The notes under the pieces are model-generated. The model had not been told where the DNA came from and did not search any database. It was given only the letters and a program-made list of their open reading frames with translations. The translations under genes and the position numbers were made by a program. A DNA stretch of 63,567 nt, filler included, from Reclinomonas americana ATCC 50394 (Eukaryota), in the NCBI GenBank assembly GCA_048213135.1. It is 7 parts of 4 records of this genome, joined end to end, with 100 filler letters (N's around TTAATTAATTAA, not from the genome) between each part and the next. Parts side by side here need not be neighbours in the genome. Positions count along the whole stretch, not along the records: positions 31,934 to 41,880 come from PS015768.1; positions 41,981 to 54,388 come from PS015769.1; 5 more parts are not named here. One strand, 5' to 3'. Every line of letters starts with the position of its first letter. The first letter of the stretch is position 1. This document shows, in pieces, positions 35,939-46,420 of this stretch.

Positions 35939-38498
35939 ATGCCAAAGATCGAGACGACGCTGAACAGTGGAACGGGCAAGCACGAGCTTGTGCCCATTCC
36001 CGAGCAGCTGGTGAGTGAGAGACAGTCACCATCGCTCTTCACTCGCTCTCACTGTTACACTCACACACCACGCATCAGTCATTCGACCAAGGCTTCTTCT
36101 TTGCAGTGCGAGCGATCCAGATCCTGCGCGAGAAGAACAAGGGCGTGGTGTTTTGCGGCATTGCAGGCGCCAGTGGCAGTGGCAAGACGAGTCTCGCCAA
36201 GAAGATTGCGCAACTCATTCCCAAGTCACTGTGCGCACACACACTCTCTCTGTCTCTTTGCCACTCCCTCTCTCTCTCGTTCTCATGCTATGCGTGCAGA
36301 GTGATCTCACTGGATAACTACTTGGACTCGTCGCGCAAGGTGGTGGAGGAGAACTTTGATGATCCGCGTCTGATGGACTTTGATTTGTTGTGTAGCAATC
36401 TCGAAGACATCAAGAACGGCCGCGAGACCGACCTGCCTCTCTATGACTTCCGCAAGAGCGGTCGCTATGCGTACTTGAAGGCCCGACCACCTGTGTCACA
36501 GGTGTGTGCCTCGCAGCAAGTGTGCACTCATACGTGTTGTTGTTGCTGATGCATGCACGGTGAGGCAGGTGGTGATTGTCGAGGGCACGTATGTGCTGCG
36601 AGAGCAGATCCGACCGTACTTGGACCTGGCTGTGGCCGTCACTGGTGGCGTGCACTTTGATCTCATCAAGCGTGTGGTGCGCGACACGCAGCGCACGGGT
36701 CAGAATCCGGGCGAGTCACTGCACCAAATCACCTCCACCGTGCATCCCATGTACTTGGTGAGTGGGCGCGAGGCCGCAGCTGTGGTGGCATGTGTGTGTG
36801 TCTGACTGAGTTGGTGTGGTAGGCGTTTATCGAGCCCGACCTCAAGTACGCGCACATTACCATTCTCAACAACTTCAATCCGCTGAGTGGCCTCATGTCG
36901 CCGACGTTTTCGATCAAGAGCGACGTGCAAGTGCCTCCCGACAAGATTCGCAGTGTGCTGGCGTCGGTGGTGGGCGTCGAGCCCGAGTGCAAGACGGAAA
37001 AGTACTACGGTGCGCAGCTGCTGATGTTTTTCCTATGTGAATGCATGCTCGCTTGGTGCCTGACCGACGGACGACGTGCAGACATTTACTTGCATCCACC
37101 TGGCGAGAAGCCCGACAGCTGCATACATTGGATCCGCATGCGCAACGAGCGCGGTCGCTACGTGATCACCCTCTCGGAGTCGCTGAAGGAGGGCGATATG
37201 ATGATTTCGCCAACAATCGAGTTTGCCACCNNNNNNNNNNNNNNNNNNNNNNNNNNNNNNNNNNNNNNNNNNNNNNNNNNNNNNNNNNNNNNNNNNNNNN
37301 NNNNNNNNNNNNNNNNNNNNNNNNNNNNNNNNNNNNNNNNNNNNNNNNNNNNNNNNNNNNNNNNNNNNNNNNNNNNNNNNNNNNNNNNNNNNNNNNNNNN
37401 NNNNNNNNNNNNNNNNNNNNNNNNNNNNNNNNNNNNNNNNNNNNNNNNNNNNNNNNNNNNNNNNNNNNNNNNNNNNNNNNNNNNNNNNNNNNNNNNNNNN
37501 NNNNNNNNNNNNNNNNNNNNNNNNNNNNNNNNNNNNNNNNNNNNNNNNNNNNNNNNNNNNNNNNNNNNNNNNNNNNNNNNNNNNNNNNNNNNNNNNNNNN
37601 NNNNNNNNNNNNNNNNNNNNNNNNNNNNNNNNNNNNNNNNNNNNNNNNNNNNNNNNNNNNNNNNNNNNNNNNNNNNNNNNNNNNNNNNNNNNNNNNNNNN
37701 NNNNNNNNNNNNNNNNNNNNNNNNNNNNNNNNNNNNNNNNNNNNNNNNNNNNNNNNNNNNNNNNNNNNNNNNNNNNNNNNNNNNNNNNNNNNNNNNNNNN
37801 NNNNNNNNNNNNNNNNNNNNNNNNNNNNNNNNNNNNNNNNNNNNNNNNNNNNNNNNNNNNNNNNNNNNNNNNNNNNNNNNNNNNNNNNNNNNNNNNNNNN
37901 NNNNNNNNNNNNNNNNNNNNNNNNNNNNNNNNNNNNNNNNNNNNNNNNNNNNNNNNNNNNNNNNNNNNNNNNNNNNNNNNNNNNNNNNNNNNNNNNNNNN
38001 NNNNNNNNNNNNNNNNNNNNNNNNNNNNNNNNNNNNNNNNNNNNGAGATGCAGACGCTGGGCGGGCTCATGGTGCGTCCCCCGACACGCGTTACAGACAC
38101 GCGCACAATCTTACTCTGTTTATTCGATAGGCCCTCGGCTACCAAATCGGTGCCGTGCTGAACCGCACGTCCACCATTTATGCCTTCCACGACCACAGCA
38201 GCAAGGTGACGGTCGACGAGATTCAACAACTCAATCAATCGTACACGCAAGTCAAGGGCACGAATCGAGAGGTTTGTCGGAGGGTGGCAGGAGACGAATA
38301 GCTTCGCGGCCTCTTGACAGTTCTTCTCTGTTGCAGCGCGTCATGGAGATTGTGCGCGGTCTGGGCCTGGAGCACTCGAGTTTTGCGCTCTCCTACATTG
38401 AGCTGTACGTTCAGAAGCTACGACAAGCGCAGGAACAATCGGCCGCTGGCGAAGGCCCCTCACAACCACCTCCCCTGTCACTTCGTGCCAAGCTCTAA
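35939..38498 (+). CDS. Uridine-kinase-like plus CYTH domain protein (plant TTM1/2 and Dictyostelium UdkC-like), spans a gap
   Basis: SFDQGFFFAVRAIQIL, GIAGASGSGKT, ISLDNY, NFDDPRL, VTGGVHFDLIKRV.RD, AFIEPDLKYAHI..NNFNP, DIYLHPP..WIRMRN, LGYQIGAVL, YTQVKG, SYIE. Confidence 0.9.
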
Positions 38499-38635
38499 AC
38501 TGCGCGGCACAGTTTTTTCTTCGTTGCCTCCTTCCTCTCTGTGTGTATGCATGTCGTAAGTGAATCGGCTGTTAGAAAGAAGCGATTGCCCTCGCACACG
38601 TTATTCACTGGCTGCGCTGTGGCCACAGCGCCCCC

Positions 38636-39435
38636 TCACTTGACCACAAACTGCGGTTGACCGGCCATGAGTTGCCGCAGGAGCTGCGAGTGCTCCCGAT
38701 GAAACTCCACGTGATCGCGCTCAAAATTCTCGTCGTGCCGCGAGTCCCTGTCGACATTGTAGACCACGGTCTGCGGCTCCAGTCGCTGCGACGGCAGCAG
38801 CTTCACGGTGAGGCCCACCATGCATCCGTGGCCCAGCACGCAGCCGGCCGGAACGTGTGATCGCATGCGCAGCACGCAGTTGTCTCCAATCGTTGCACTC
38901 TCCGCCACTGAAATAAAAACAAGAGAGTCAGTCGTGCCGCACAAAGGGAGAGGGGAGATGGGCACGCCTGCTCACCAGCATCGACCTCCAGCACGCAGTT
39001 GGCACCGATGCGCATGGTAAAGTCGTCGCTGCTGCCAATCTCGCCTCTGCACCTCAACGCACGAGTGAGTCAGAGAGAACACAGTGCGCAACAGAGAGGC
39101 AGTGGACAACACAACTCTCGCCTCCGCGGGTTGCGCACACGCACGCGCTCCTCCACAACGCAGTCGGGGCCGATGACGATCGGCATCTCTGTGTGCGCGA
39201 GGTGTTGAGGAGAGCGTGTGCAACGATGTGCGTGTGGAGGCGGCACAGACACACCTCCTTCAATCACAGCTGTGGGGTGGATCACAGCACCAGCACGCAC
39301 AGTCACGCGACCAGTCAGACGCGCGTCGGCCGACACCACTGCACCAGGCTCGATCTGTATTTCACTGCGAGAGGGGGTTGAGAGAGTCGCGGGTGTTTCC
39401 CTGCACCACACACACAATGCACACGCCCACCTCAT
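38636..39435 (-). CDS. DCTN6: Dynactin subunit 6 (p27), left-handed beta-helix
   Basis: IEPGAVVSADARLTGRVTVRAGAVIHPTAVI, PIVIGPDCVVEE, MRIGANCVLEV, IGDNCV, RLEPQTVVY, terminal helix. Confidence 0.85.
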
Positions 39436-39503
39436 CGAACTTGAACAACAACAGAACAACGAAGAAGAAGAAGGTGAAGGACAACGAAGTACATTTGATT
39501 GAG

Positions 39504-40815
39504 TCAGCGTCGAGGAGCAGGTCGTGGGCTCGAGCCTGACTTGGGCTTTGGCCGTGCCACCGCCGGACCGCGCTCCTCGAGCACCACCGGCATCTGGTGC
39601 TCATCGAGACCGTTGACTCGGCGGTACAGGAGGCCGTACAGTCGCAACTGATCCTGCTCGGTGGTGACCCACTCGAGGCGATCGGCGGGGATGCGGTGGT
39701 CGGCCGCCATGATTCGTGCCGTTTCCGCCGCCGGCAGTGTGCTTGCGGTCTCGCGGAACCCCGGTCTGATGCGTGCCATGTACACGACTTGGGTCAGCGG
39801 ACCGGCGGTCTCGTCGAGCGTCGGAAGCCGGAACACGCGCGAATGGGTCGGGTGCGCGGCGTAGTGGATCGAGGGCGTGAGGTGAATGCGATTGCGTGCT
39901 GGGTCGGGAGGCGGTCGGCGGCCTCGTGCGCGCACGTCCACCACCGAATTCTGTGCCCACGCGCCCATTCAGCAACCGCAGCAAGTGGGGGAAACACAAT
40001 AAACGCGCAACTGGCACCAGCAGGCCGTCTTGGATCATGTAACGCAGGCGCAGCTCATCCTCGTCCCCGTGCACCTCGGAGCCGTGGAACGCCACATACC
40101 CGTCGCCCCAGTCGCGCTCAAAGTTCTCCACGCGCAAGCCGAGTCGCTCAAAGCCTGCACCGCACCAGTGAGACAGGAGGCGTGGTGAGATGGCAACGGA
40201 TGACCACACGAACCAAATGGCAGATAATACGGCTTGGGGTTGTCGCGCGGGCCGCGGTGGTAACCCGCATCGCGGTCCACAGCGCGGGAGTACGAGCGGT
40301 TCCACTGAATGTCGAAACGAGACTCGTCAACCTGCAGAAGACGTGAATGGAACTCGACAAACAGGAGGAGAAATCGTATGCGGATGCCGACGCAACAATC
40401 AAGTAGCCCGCATCCACCGCTCTGTCGAAGGTGGCCAGTGTGTTGAGTGCTGCGCAGAGAGAGAAAGAGAGAAGGTGAGTGAGAGCAGAACGCATGAATC
40501 GGTGTGTGTGTGTGGGAGACCTTGCAGACGCCGTGTGTGGTCCTCCATCACATCCGTCTCCACACGCTGCACTTCATGTTGCACGCCGCGGTGGTGGTCA
40601 TCTACGACACAGTAAGTGAGCAGCAGCAACAGAGAGAGTGTGTGTGTGAGAGAGAGAGGAAAGGAGCGCGCACCCTCAGCAGCCATCGTGACAGCCTGCT
40701 TATACGACTGCAGCAGCGACTGGATTCGAGAAAAGTGCAGCAGCAGGTTAAACATAGAAGAGTCGCTATCGGTGCCCGGTGCAGGAGCCACAGCGGCGAC
40801 GGCGGCGGCTGCCAT
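39504..40815 (-). CDS. NEURL4-type (PARP-like) ADP-ribosyltransferase domain protein, multi-exon
   Basis: PYYLPFG|W..FERLGLRV, YVAFHGS, IQDGLLVP, IHLTPSIHYAAHP, QVVYMARIRPG, DHRIPADRLEWVT, LYGLLYR. Confidence 0.75.
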
Positions 40816-40926
40816 GTTGTGCTTTTTTCGATTCTGACACTTGCCGGAAACTGCCGGGAATACAGAACAACTTGTCATGTCGTCGTCTGTCGTCTCTTTT
40901 CCACGCGACTTTGTGTGCTTTGCGCG

Positions 40927-41880
40927 ATGGGAGTGGGTTCCTCGTCTGACGCCTCGCACGTCCCCGCTTCCGGCTCCTCCGCGGCTGCGGCCGCCGTTGC
41001 GGGCGCAGACGAGAGTCGCGTGGACCCGCGACGGTTGCTGGAGGGCGCCACCAATGCGCGTGTGTTGCACCTCAATGTGGACGGTGTGCGGCAACTGGAG
41101 CAGGAGGTGGCCGAGGAGGAACGCATTCAGGACTCTTTACAGTTGCGTTTGTGCGTGTGTCAGTGCATTCTCCGTCTTGCTCAATGGTGCACACAGAACC
41201 GCATCGAATGAGGCCGCCGCGCTGCGTCAACAAATCGCGCGAGATGGCACACAGAGCAACTCGGTGGCGGCGGCGGTGGTTGGCGAGATGGATCGGGCGC
41301 TGCAGGAGTTCAGCGCCTTTGTGCAGACCGATCAGCAGCGGGCACTGCTGCTGCAGCTCATGGAGCGCTTTATTGCGGATCAGTGCGGTCGTGATGCCGC
41401 CGGTCAGGCGCTCTTTGCCAAGCTGCGGTGAGTGTGTGGCGCCGTGCGTGACTCCCTGTGCGTGCATGTGCTGAGAGAGAGCGGCGGTGGGGGCAGAGAT
41501 GCGTTGAATGGAACCCCGTCGGCTAGCTTTGTCAGTGGAGGTGGTGGCGGTGGTGGTGGTGGTGGTGTTGCGCCTCCGCGACACATTTCAGAGTCGCTGG
41601 CTGAGCTGTTGACGGCGCGCGGACAGCTGCCTGGGCCGCAGCAGAGTGCTATTGTGGAGCGTTTCCGAGATGTGGAGACGCCGCCGGCCGGTTATTTCCC
41701 GGCGGCCGCGCCGGCTGCCCTGCCGTCTCCGCACACGTGCCCGCTGCTTCATCAGGTGCGCATGCACTCTTTTTTCCTTCCCTCTTCTCGGTGGCGTGGA
41801 TGGCTGACACGTGCGAGTGATGACACACAGCCTCCGCGTGAGCCCGTGTTCGGCACCGACGGGCAAGTGTACGAGTACGG
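40927..41880 (+). CDS. Hypothetical protein with the start of a U-box-like motif, truncated at a linker
   Basis: Begins MGVGSS (MGxxxS myristoylation pattern); ends HTCPLLHQ|PPREPVFGTDGQVYEY. Confidence 0.6.
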
Positions 41881-42013
41881 NNNNNNNNNNNNNNNNNNNN
41901 NNNNNNNNNNNNNNNNNNNNNNNNTTAATTAATTAANNNNNNNNNNNNNNNNNNNNNNNNNNNNNNNNNNNNNNNNNNNNAGAAAAAACTTACTATTTTG
42001 CATCACCGGGCAG

Positions 42014-42958
42014 GAATGTGCGACGGTGCTGATGGAGCAGCGCCCGGTGTGCCCCATTTGCCAGGCGGTGGTCAACCGGTTCGACGAGGACAGTGAGCGG
42101 TTCGGCCTGCACTTTGGGTACGAGGAGGCGGCGCGCAGACTGCCGCCGGAGGAGCTGATGCGTATCAAGCGAGACGAGCACTCGTGGGAGCTGCAGGTGG
42201 CGGACGGACCGCGCGAGGACGTGGCGGCCATGTCGACCCGCAGCCTGGCGCTCGTCATGCTGCAGGGTGTGGAGGAGCGGCATCGCACGACACGCGAAAT
42301 GTACGGCGACAGCCACTCGCAGACACTGAACGCGCTGGTGGCGCTGGCCGACGCGCACCGCCGAGCCAAGCAGTACGACGTGGCGGCCGCCATGTACGAG
42401 CGGTGCCTGGAATCCAGGCGTCGTTCAGCGTCGGCCGCCGCCGACACGGACGAGATTGTGTCGATCCTGTTTGCGCTGGCCGACGTGCGCCGATCGCAGA
42501 ACCAGCTGCCGGAAGCCGCTCGTCTCTACCGCGAGTGCCTGCAGCTGCGCCGCGAGATTGAGCGCCGTGCTCTGGAGGCGGAGACGGCGGACGGCGACCA
42601 CACCGTGTCGCTGCTCAAGGCCGACAAGTTGCGCGCCATGCAGGCGCTGGCCGACACGCTGCGGCTCATCGACGACCGCGACGCGCTGGAGGAGGCCGCC
42701 CTGCTGAACGCCGACTGCGTGGCGGAGCGAGTGGAGTTGCTCGGCGAACGGCACAACGACACGCTGGCGTCGCTGCGCGAACTCGGCATCACCTACTGCC
42801 GGCTCGGGCGGTTCGAGGAGAGCATCGAGACGCACCGCCGGCACTTTGACTTGTGCCGCGAGGTCTACGGCGCCGGCCATCGCGAGACGCAAAAGGCACT
42901 GTCGCTGCTGTCGGCGGCGGTGGCCTACCGCGATGCAGGCGGCAGAGAGAGGCAGTGA
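42014..42958 (+). CDS. 3' part of a RING-finger plus KLC-type TPR protein
   Basis: ECATVLMEQRPVCPICQAVV (RING C-terminal half); YGDSHSQTLNALVALA, LGERHNDTLASLRELG, YGAGHRETQKAL repeats. Confidence 0.8.
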   Translation, partial: ECATVLMEQRPVCPICQAVVNRFDEDSERFGLHFGYEEAARRLPPEELMRIKRDEHSWELQVADGPREDVAAMSTRSLALVMLQGVEERHRTTREMYGDSHSQTLNALVALADAHRRAKQYDVAAAMYERCLESRRRSASAAADTDEIVSILFALADVRRSQNQLPEAARLYRECLQLRREIERRALEAETADGDHTVSLLKADKLRAMQALADTLRLIDDRDALEEAALLNADCVAERVELLGERHNDTLASLRELGITYCRLGRFEESIETHRRHFDLCREVYGAGHRETQKALSLLSAAVAYRDAGGRERQ

Positions 42959-43423
42959 GAAAATGGTGAATGAATATCAATGATACAGTATATCGGTGTC
43001 GAGAATACATGCTCCGCAGCGATGCAAAGAGCGACGAAGTGAGTGTGTATGCTGATTCACGCTCACGAGGCACTCGCCCCCTTGCAGCTGCAGCAACAGC
43101 GAAAGAGTGGCCACGATGATTACGTGTGTTCGAAATTAGACAAGGTGCGTTCTCTTCACGGCCACACAGCCGCTGCCGCCACCGACTCGCCACAGCAGTG
43201 GTAGAGCAAGTGTGCGCACAAACCAGAGACACGGGGGAGAAGAAAAAGAAGGATCTGACAATCAATGGCTTTTCAGACGCACAACTTCTCGCACTCTCGC
43301 ACCTCCCCTCACCCCTCTCTCTCTCTTTCCCTCGCCTGCTCACGTTATACCACCACGTGTGTCACTTTTTATTCACCGCACATTGACGGCACTCTCAGCA
43401 CACACACACTCATTTGTTTCTCC

Positions 43424-44005
43424 TCACGAGGTCACATACAGCGACCCGCCACCCTTGATGAGGTAGCGCACATTCTGGTCCTCGATGACGATGCAGCCCT
43501 CGCTGGGGTTGGCGCCGCAGCTGCCGCCATGAATCAAGAAGCCGGAGCGGCCACAGGCGTTGCCCGAGATCTGCGAGAGCGGGTAGCAGTACGCCATGCC
43601 CTTGAAGGTGGTCATCGAGCCGATGCGGTAGGTGCCGCGTGGCAGCGGGCCCACGCCCACATCGCACTGGCACGAGGGGTTGTTGCGGCAGCGGCCCGAC
43701 TGTCCACTGCAGCCGTACACGTTGATCTGGCCCTTGTTGTCGAAGCGCGGGCCGGTGAAGTGGCCCGACGACTGGCTGTAGAAGTAGGCGTAGTCGGTCA
43801 GCGTCTGCTCGTCCACTGGCGGGAACAGCTCCTCCAGGGTCTTGTTGAAGAGCGCCATGGCGTTAGCCTCGGTCCACTCAAACTGGCCCACGGGCGAGAA
43901 GTCGTCGCCGGCCGCGAAGGAGTTGGCGCTGAGGTCGTAGGCCGTGGCCAGCACGGTGGTCAGCGCGAGTGCGGCGATAAAGGTGAGCAGGAGACGAGCG
44001 CGCAT
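43424..44005 (-). CDS. Secreted Tlde1/DUF2778 (L,D-transpeptidase-like peptidoglycan effector) homologue, intronless
   Basis: 193 aa; signal peptide MRARLLLTFIAALALTTVLATA; YFYSQSSGHF, GCSG, NNP, GPLPRGTYRIG, GRSGFLIHGG, SEGCIV. Confidence 0.85.
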   Translation of the reverse strand: MRARLLLTFIAALALTTVLATAYDLSANSFAAGDDFSPVGQFEWTEANAMALFNKTLEELFPPVDEQTLTDYAYFYSQSSGHFTGPRFDNKGQINVYGCSGQSGRCRNNPSCQCDVGVGPLPRGTYRIGSMTTFKGMAYCYPLSQISGNACGRSGFLIHGGSCGANPSEGCIVIEDQNVRYLIKGGGSLYVTS

Positions 44006-45060
44006 GGGAGAAGGGGAATAGGGAACGAGAGGTGTCCGGCAGGACTTCCGTCAGTTGGGCTGTTGCTGCGGAGGGATGGCCTCGAGCACGCTGGCACTGA
44101 TTGTGACCACTCTTGAAGGGATCCGTGACTTGTGGAGTCAACGCGATGTCAGACGTCGACTTCGACAAGCATTTACGGTGAGAAACTGATAACAAAACAC
44201 TTCATTCACCACATTCCAATAATGCGATAAACGCCCACAAATCCCTAAATGAACCGCTGCAGCCGAGAAGAAATACAACAAGAAACAGTAGTCCACTCAC
44301 ACAGTTAGGTGTAGGATGAGAACAACGATGCGCCTTCATGGGTGGTCGATGCAAAGCGTTGCACAATGCTCATGGAAACTCGAGCTCGCGAACGAGACAC
44401 GTACGCGTGCACGCTGCGCTGCGGTGGCGCGCTGCGCACGATCGCAGTTTGCCTCCACTCATCCAGCAAAGTGGCCTCGTCCATGTCAGAAAAAGTACCC
44501 TCCCACTGCAGGGATGAGAAGCGCTGCGATGACCAAGTCCAGCCACATTTACACAATCTCCCTTTTTCTCGTTATCGACCATGTCTCGACGGCCGCCACC
44601 TGCGAAAGAATAATTCACACCTCGCGCACGCCCTTTGATTTTTCCTTTTCACCATCTCGTTGCAACCAGATATCGTTTAAAGAATATGCGGAAAGAATGA
44701 TTCTTTTTTCTTCGTACAAACACTTTTTCGGAAGAAATCAGCGTGCGCTTTGTCCTCTATCTTACGCTTACGTCGCTCGCCGATCCCCAGCGCCCACCCC
44801 AGGTCTGCCACTGATCGCTCATCTTGTACAACCCTCCAGTGGGACGTGACTAGTTGCCGAACGGAACGAGATTAATAAACACCAGCTCGCCGTTTTGATT
44901 GCACCTGTCCGGATTCACGATGATTCCCAAAACGGAAGAGAAAGAAAGAGAAAAACAGTGTGTGTGAGAGAGAAGGCAACTCCAATCAATCAATCTCGAC
45001 CACCACACCATGGGCTGCACTCCCAGCCTCCACATTCGCCAAGTGGGAGGCGTGACCACC

Positions 45061-46359
45061 ATGGCCAGAAAACGAGTGATAGTGGCGGCGGTGACAGTGA
45101 ACGTGGCGGCGACACCACAACACATGACGCCAGTGGCCGACAGTGGTGCGCTGCATCGCGACGAGCTGCTGCAGCAGAGTGCGCAGTGGGACGACGAGCC
45201 AGCACCACCGATGGTGCGTGTGTGTGTGAGAGAGAGAGAGAGGAGGGAGAGAAAACTGGGTTGATAATCACTGCTCGGTTTCACTCATCTGATGTGCAGA
45301 GCACGCACACACGGGCGCGAAGCATGGCCTACACCACTCGCACCATGGACGACACAGCTGGCAGTGAGTGGACAGTGGGCTGCACCACCGAGTTGGTAAC
45401 AATGGAAACCAGTCGCACGGATCACGAGCGACGAAACCGACGACGCAGTTCAGCGTTTCCCGGGCGGCAGTTCAGCACAGGCGGCGGCGGAGACGGTGAT
45501 GGCGACGATGATGATGATGACGACGGCGGCAACGAGCAGGTCGATGATGGCGACAACGATGGGGCGTTGTTTATGTGCGACGGCACTGGCCAGTCGGTTT
45601 TTGACGTGGACGCGTGCAATAGGAAACAATCGGTCTGCACGCCGAACGGCAGCGAAAGAAAGGCCACGGCGGTTTCTATTAAGACGAGTAGTGCGGCACG
45701 TATCGCTGTTGGTGGTGGCGGCGACGACACAGCAGGCGGTGATAATGTTGCGTACTCGTGATCAAAAACTGCGCAGCTTGTCCGGCATCCCTGCTCACCT
45801 CCATTGGCATGTATAGGTGCGACCCACTGCAATGTCGGCGGTGCCGGTTATGCGGGCTCGCCGCGGACGGCAGCCGGTGAAGCTGGGCAGCAATGCACTG
45901 GGTGTTGGAGGACAGGCGGCGAGTGAGAGTGGCGGTGTGCATCGGTCCTCCTCGCCCGCGCCGGTGGCAGGCAGCAACCGCAGCGGCACGCCGGTGAAGA
46001 GCCTGATGCAAGCAGTCGGAAGCGACTCCAGCCGGAGAGAATCCATCTGCTCCATGTTGCGTGCCGTCATCATCGACACGTGCATCCGCACGCTTATCGT
46101 ACGCTTACCGTTTGTGCAAACACATTGCAGCTTTTCGGCAAACAAGACCTGGCTGAGTGAGGACCTGCTGGTGAGCAGTGGTCTCAAGCAAACCGGATCG
46201 ACACTGGCGTGCGATGACCACCGACCGCAAGCACCGGTGGACGCGGGAGCCGAACTGGTGCGACTCGAAACCCGAATCAATCAATGGATCGACACGCACG
46301 TCCTTGGCCCCGACGCGTACATGCACGACTACGATGCGCATGGTATCGCGGCCAGGTGA
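45061..46359 (+). CDS. Hypothetical low-complexity protein, multi-exon
   Basis: Exon-like blocks joined by GT-AG introns, ending at TGA 46359; no family recognised. Confidence 0.45.
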
Positions 46360-46420
46360 CAGCAGCGGGGAGAGAAAAGAGAAGAGAATGTAATGTACAC
46401 ACGAATGTTATTTTGCCAAC

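Noticed and set aside
33110..38498. Long X-filled ORFs in the track
   Set aside because: Produced by reading through N gaps.
44305..44618. Possible small minus-strand gene (WEGTFSDMDEATLLDEWRQ)
   Set aside because: No consistent splice model or recognisable homology.
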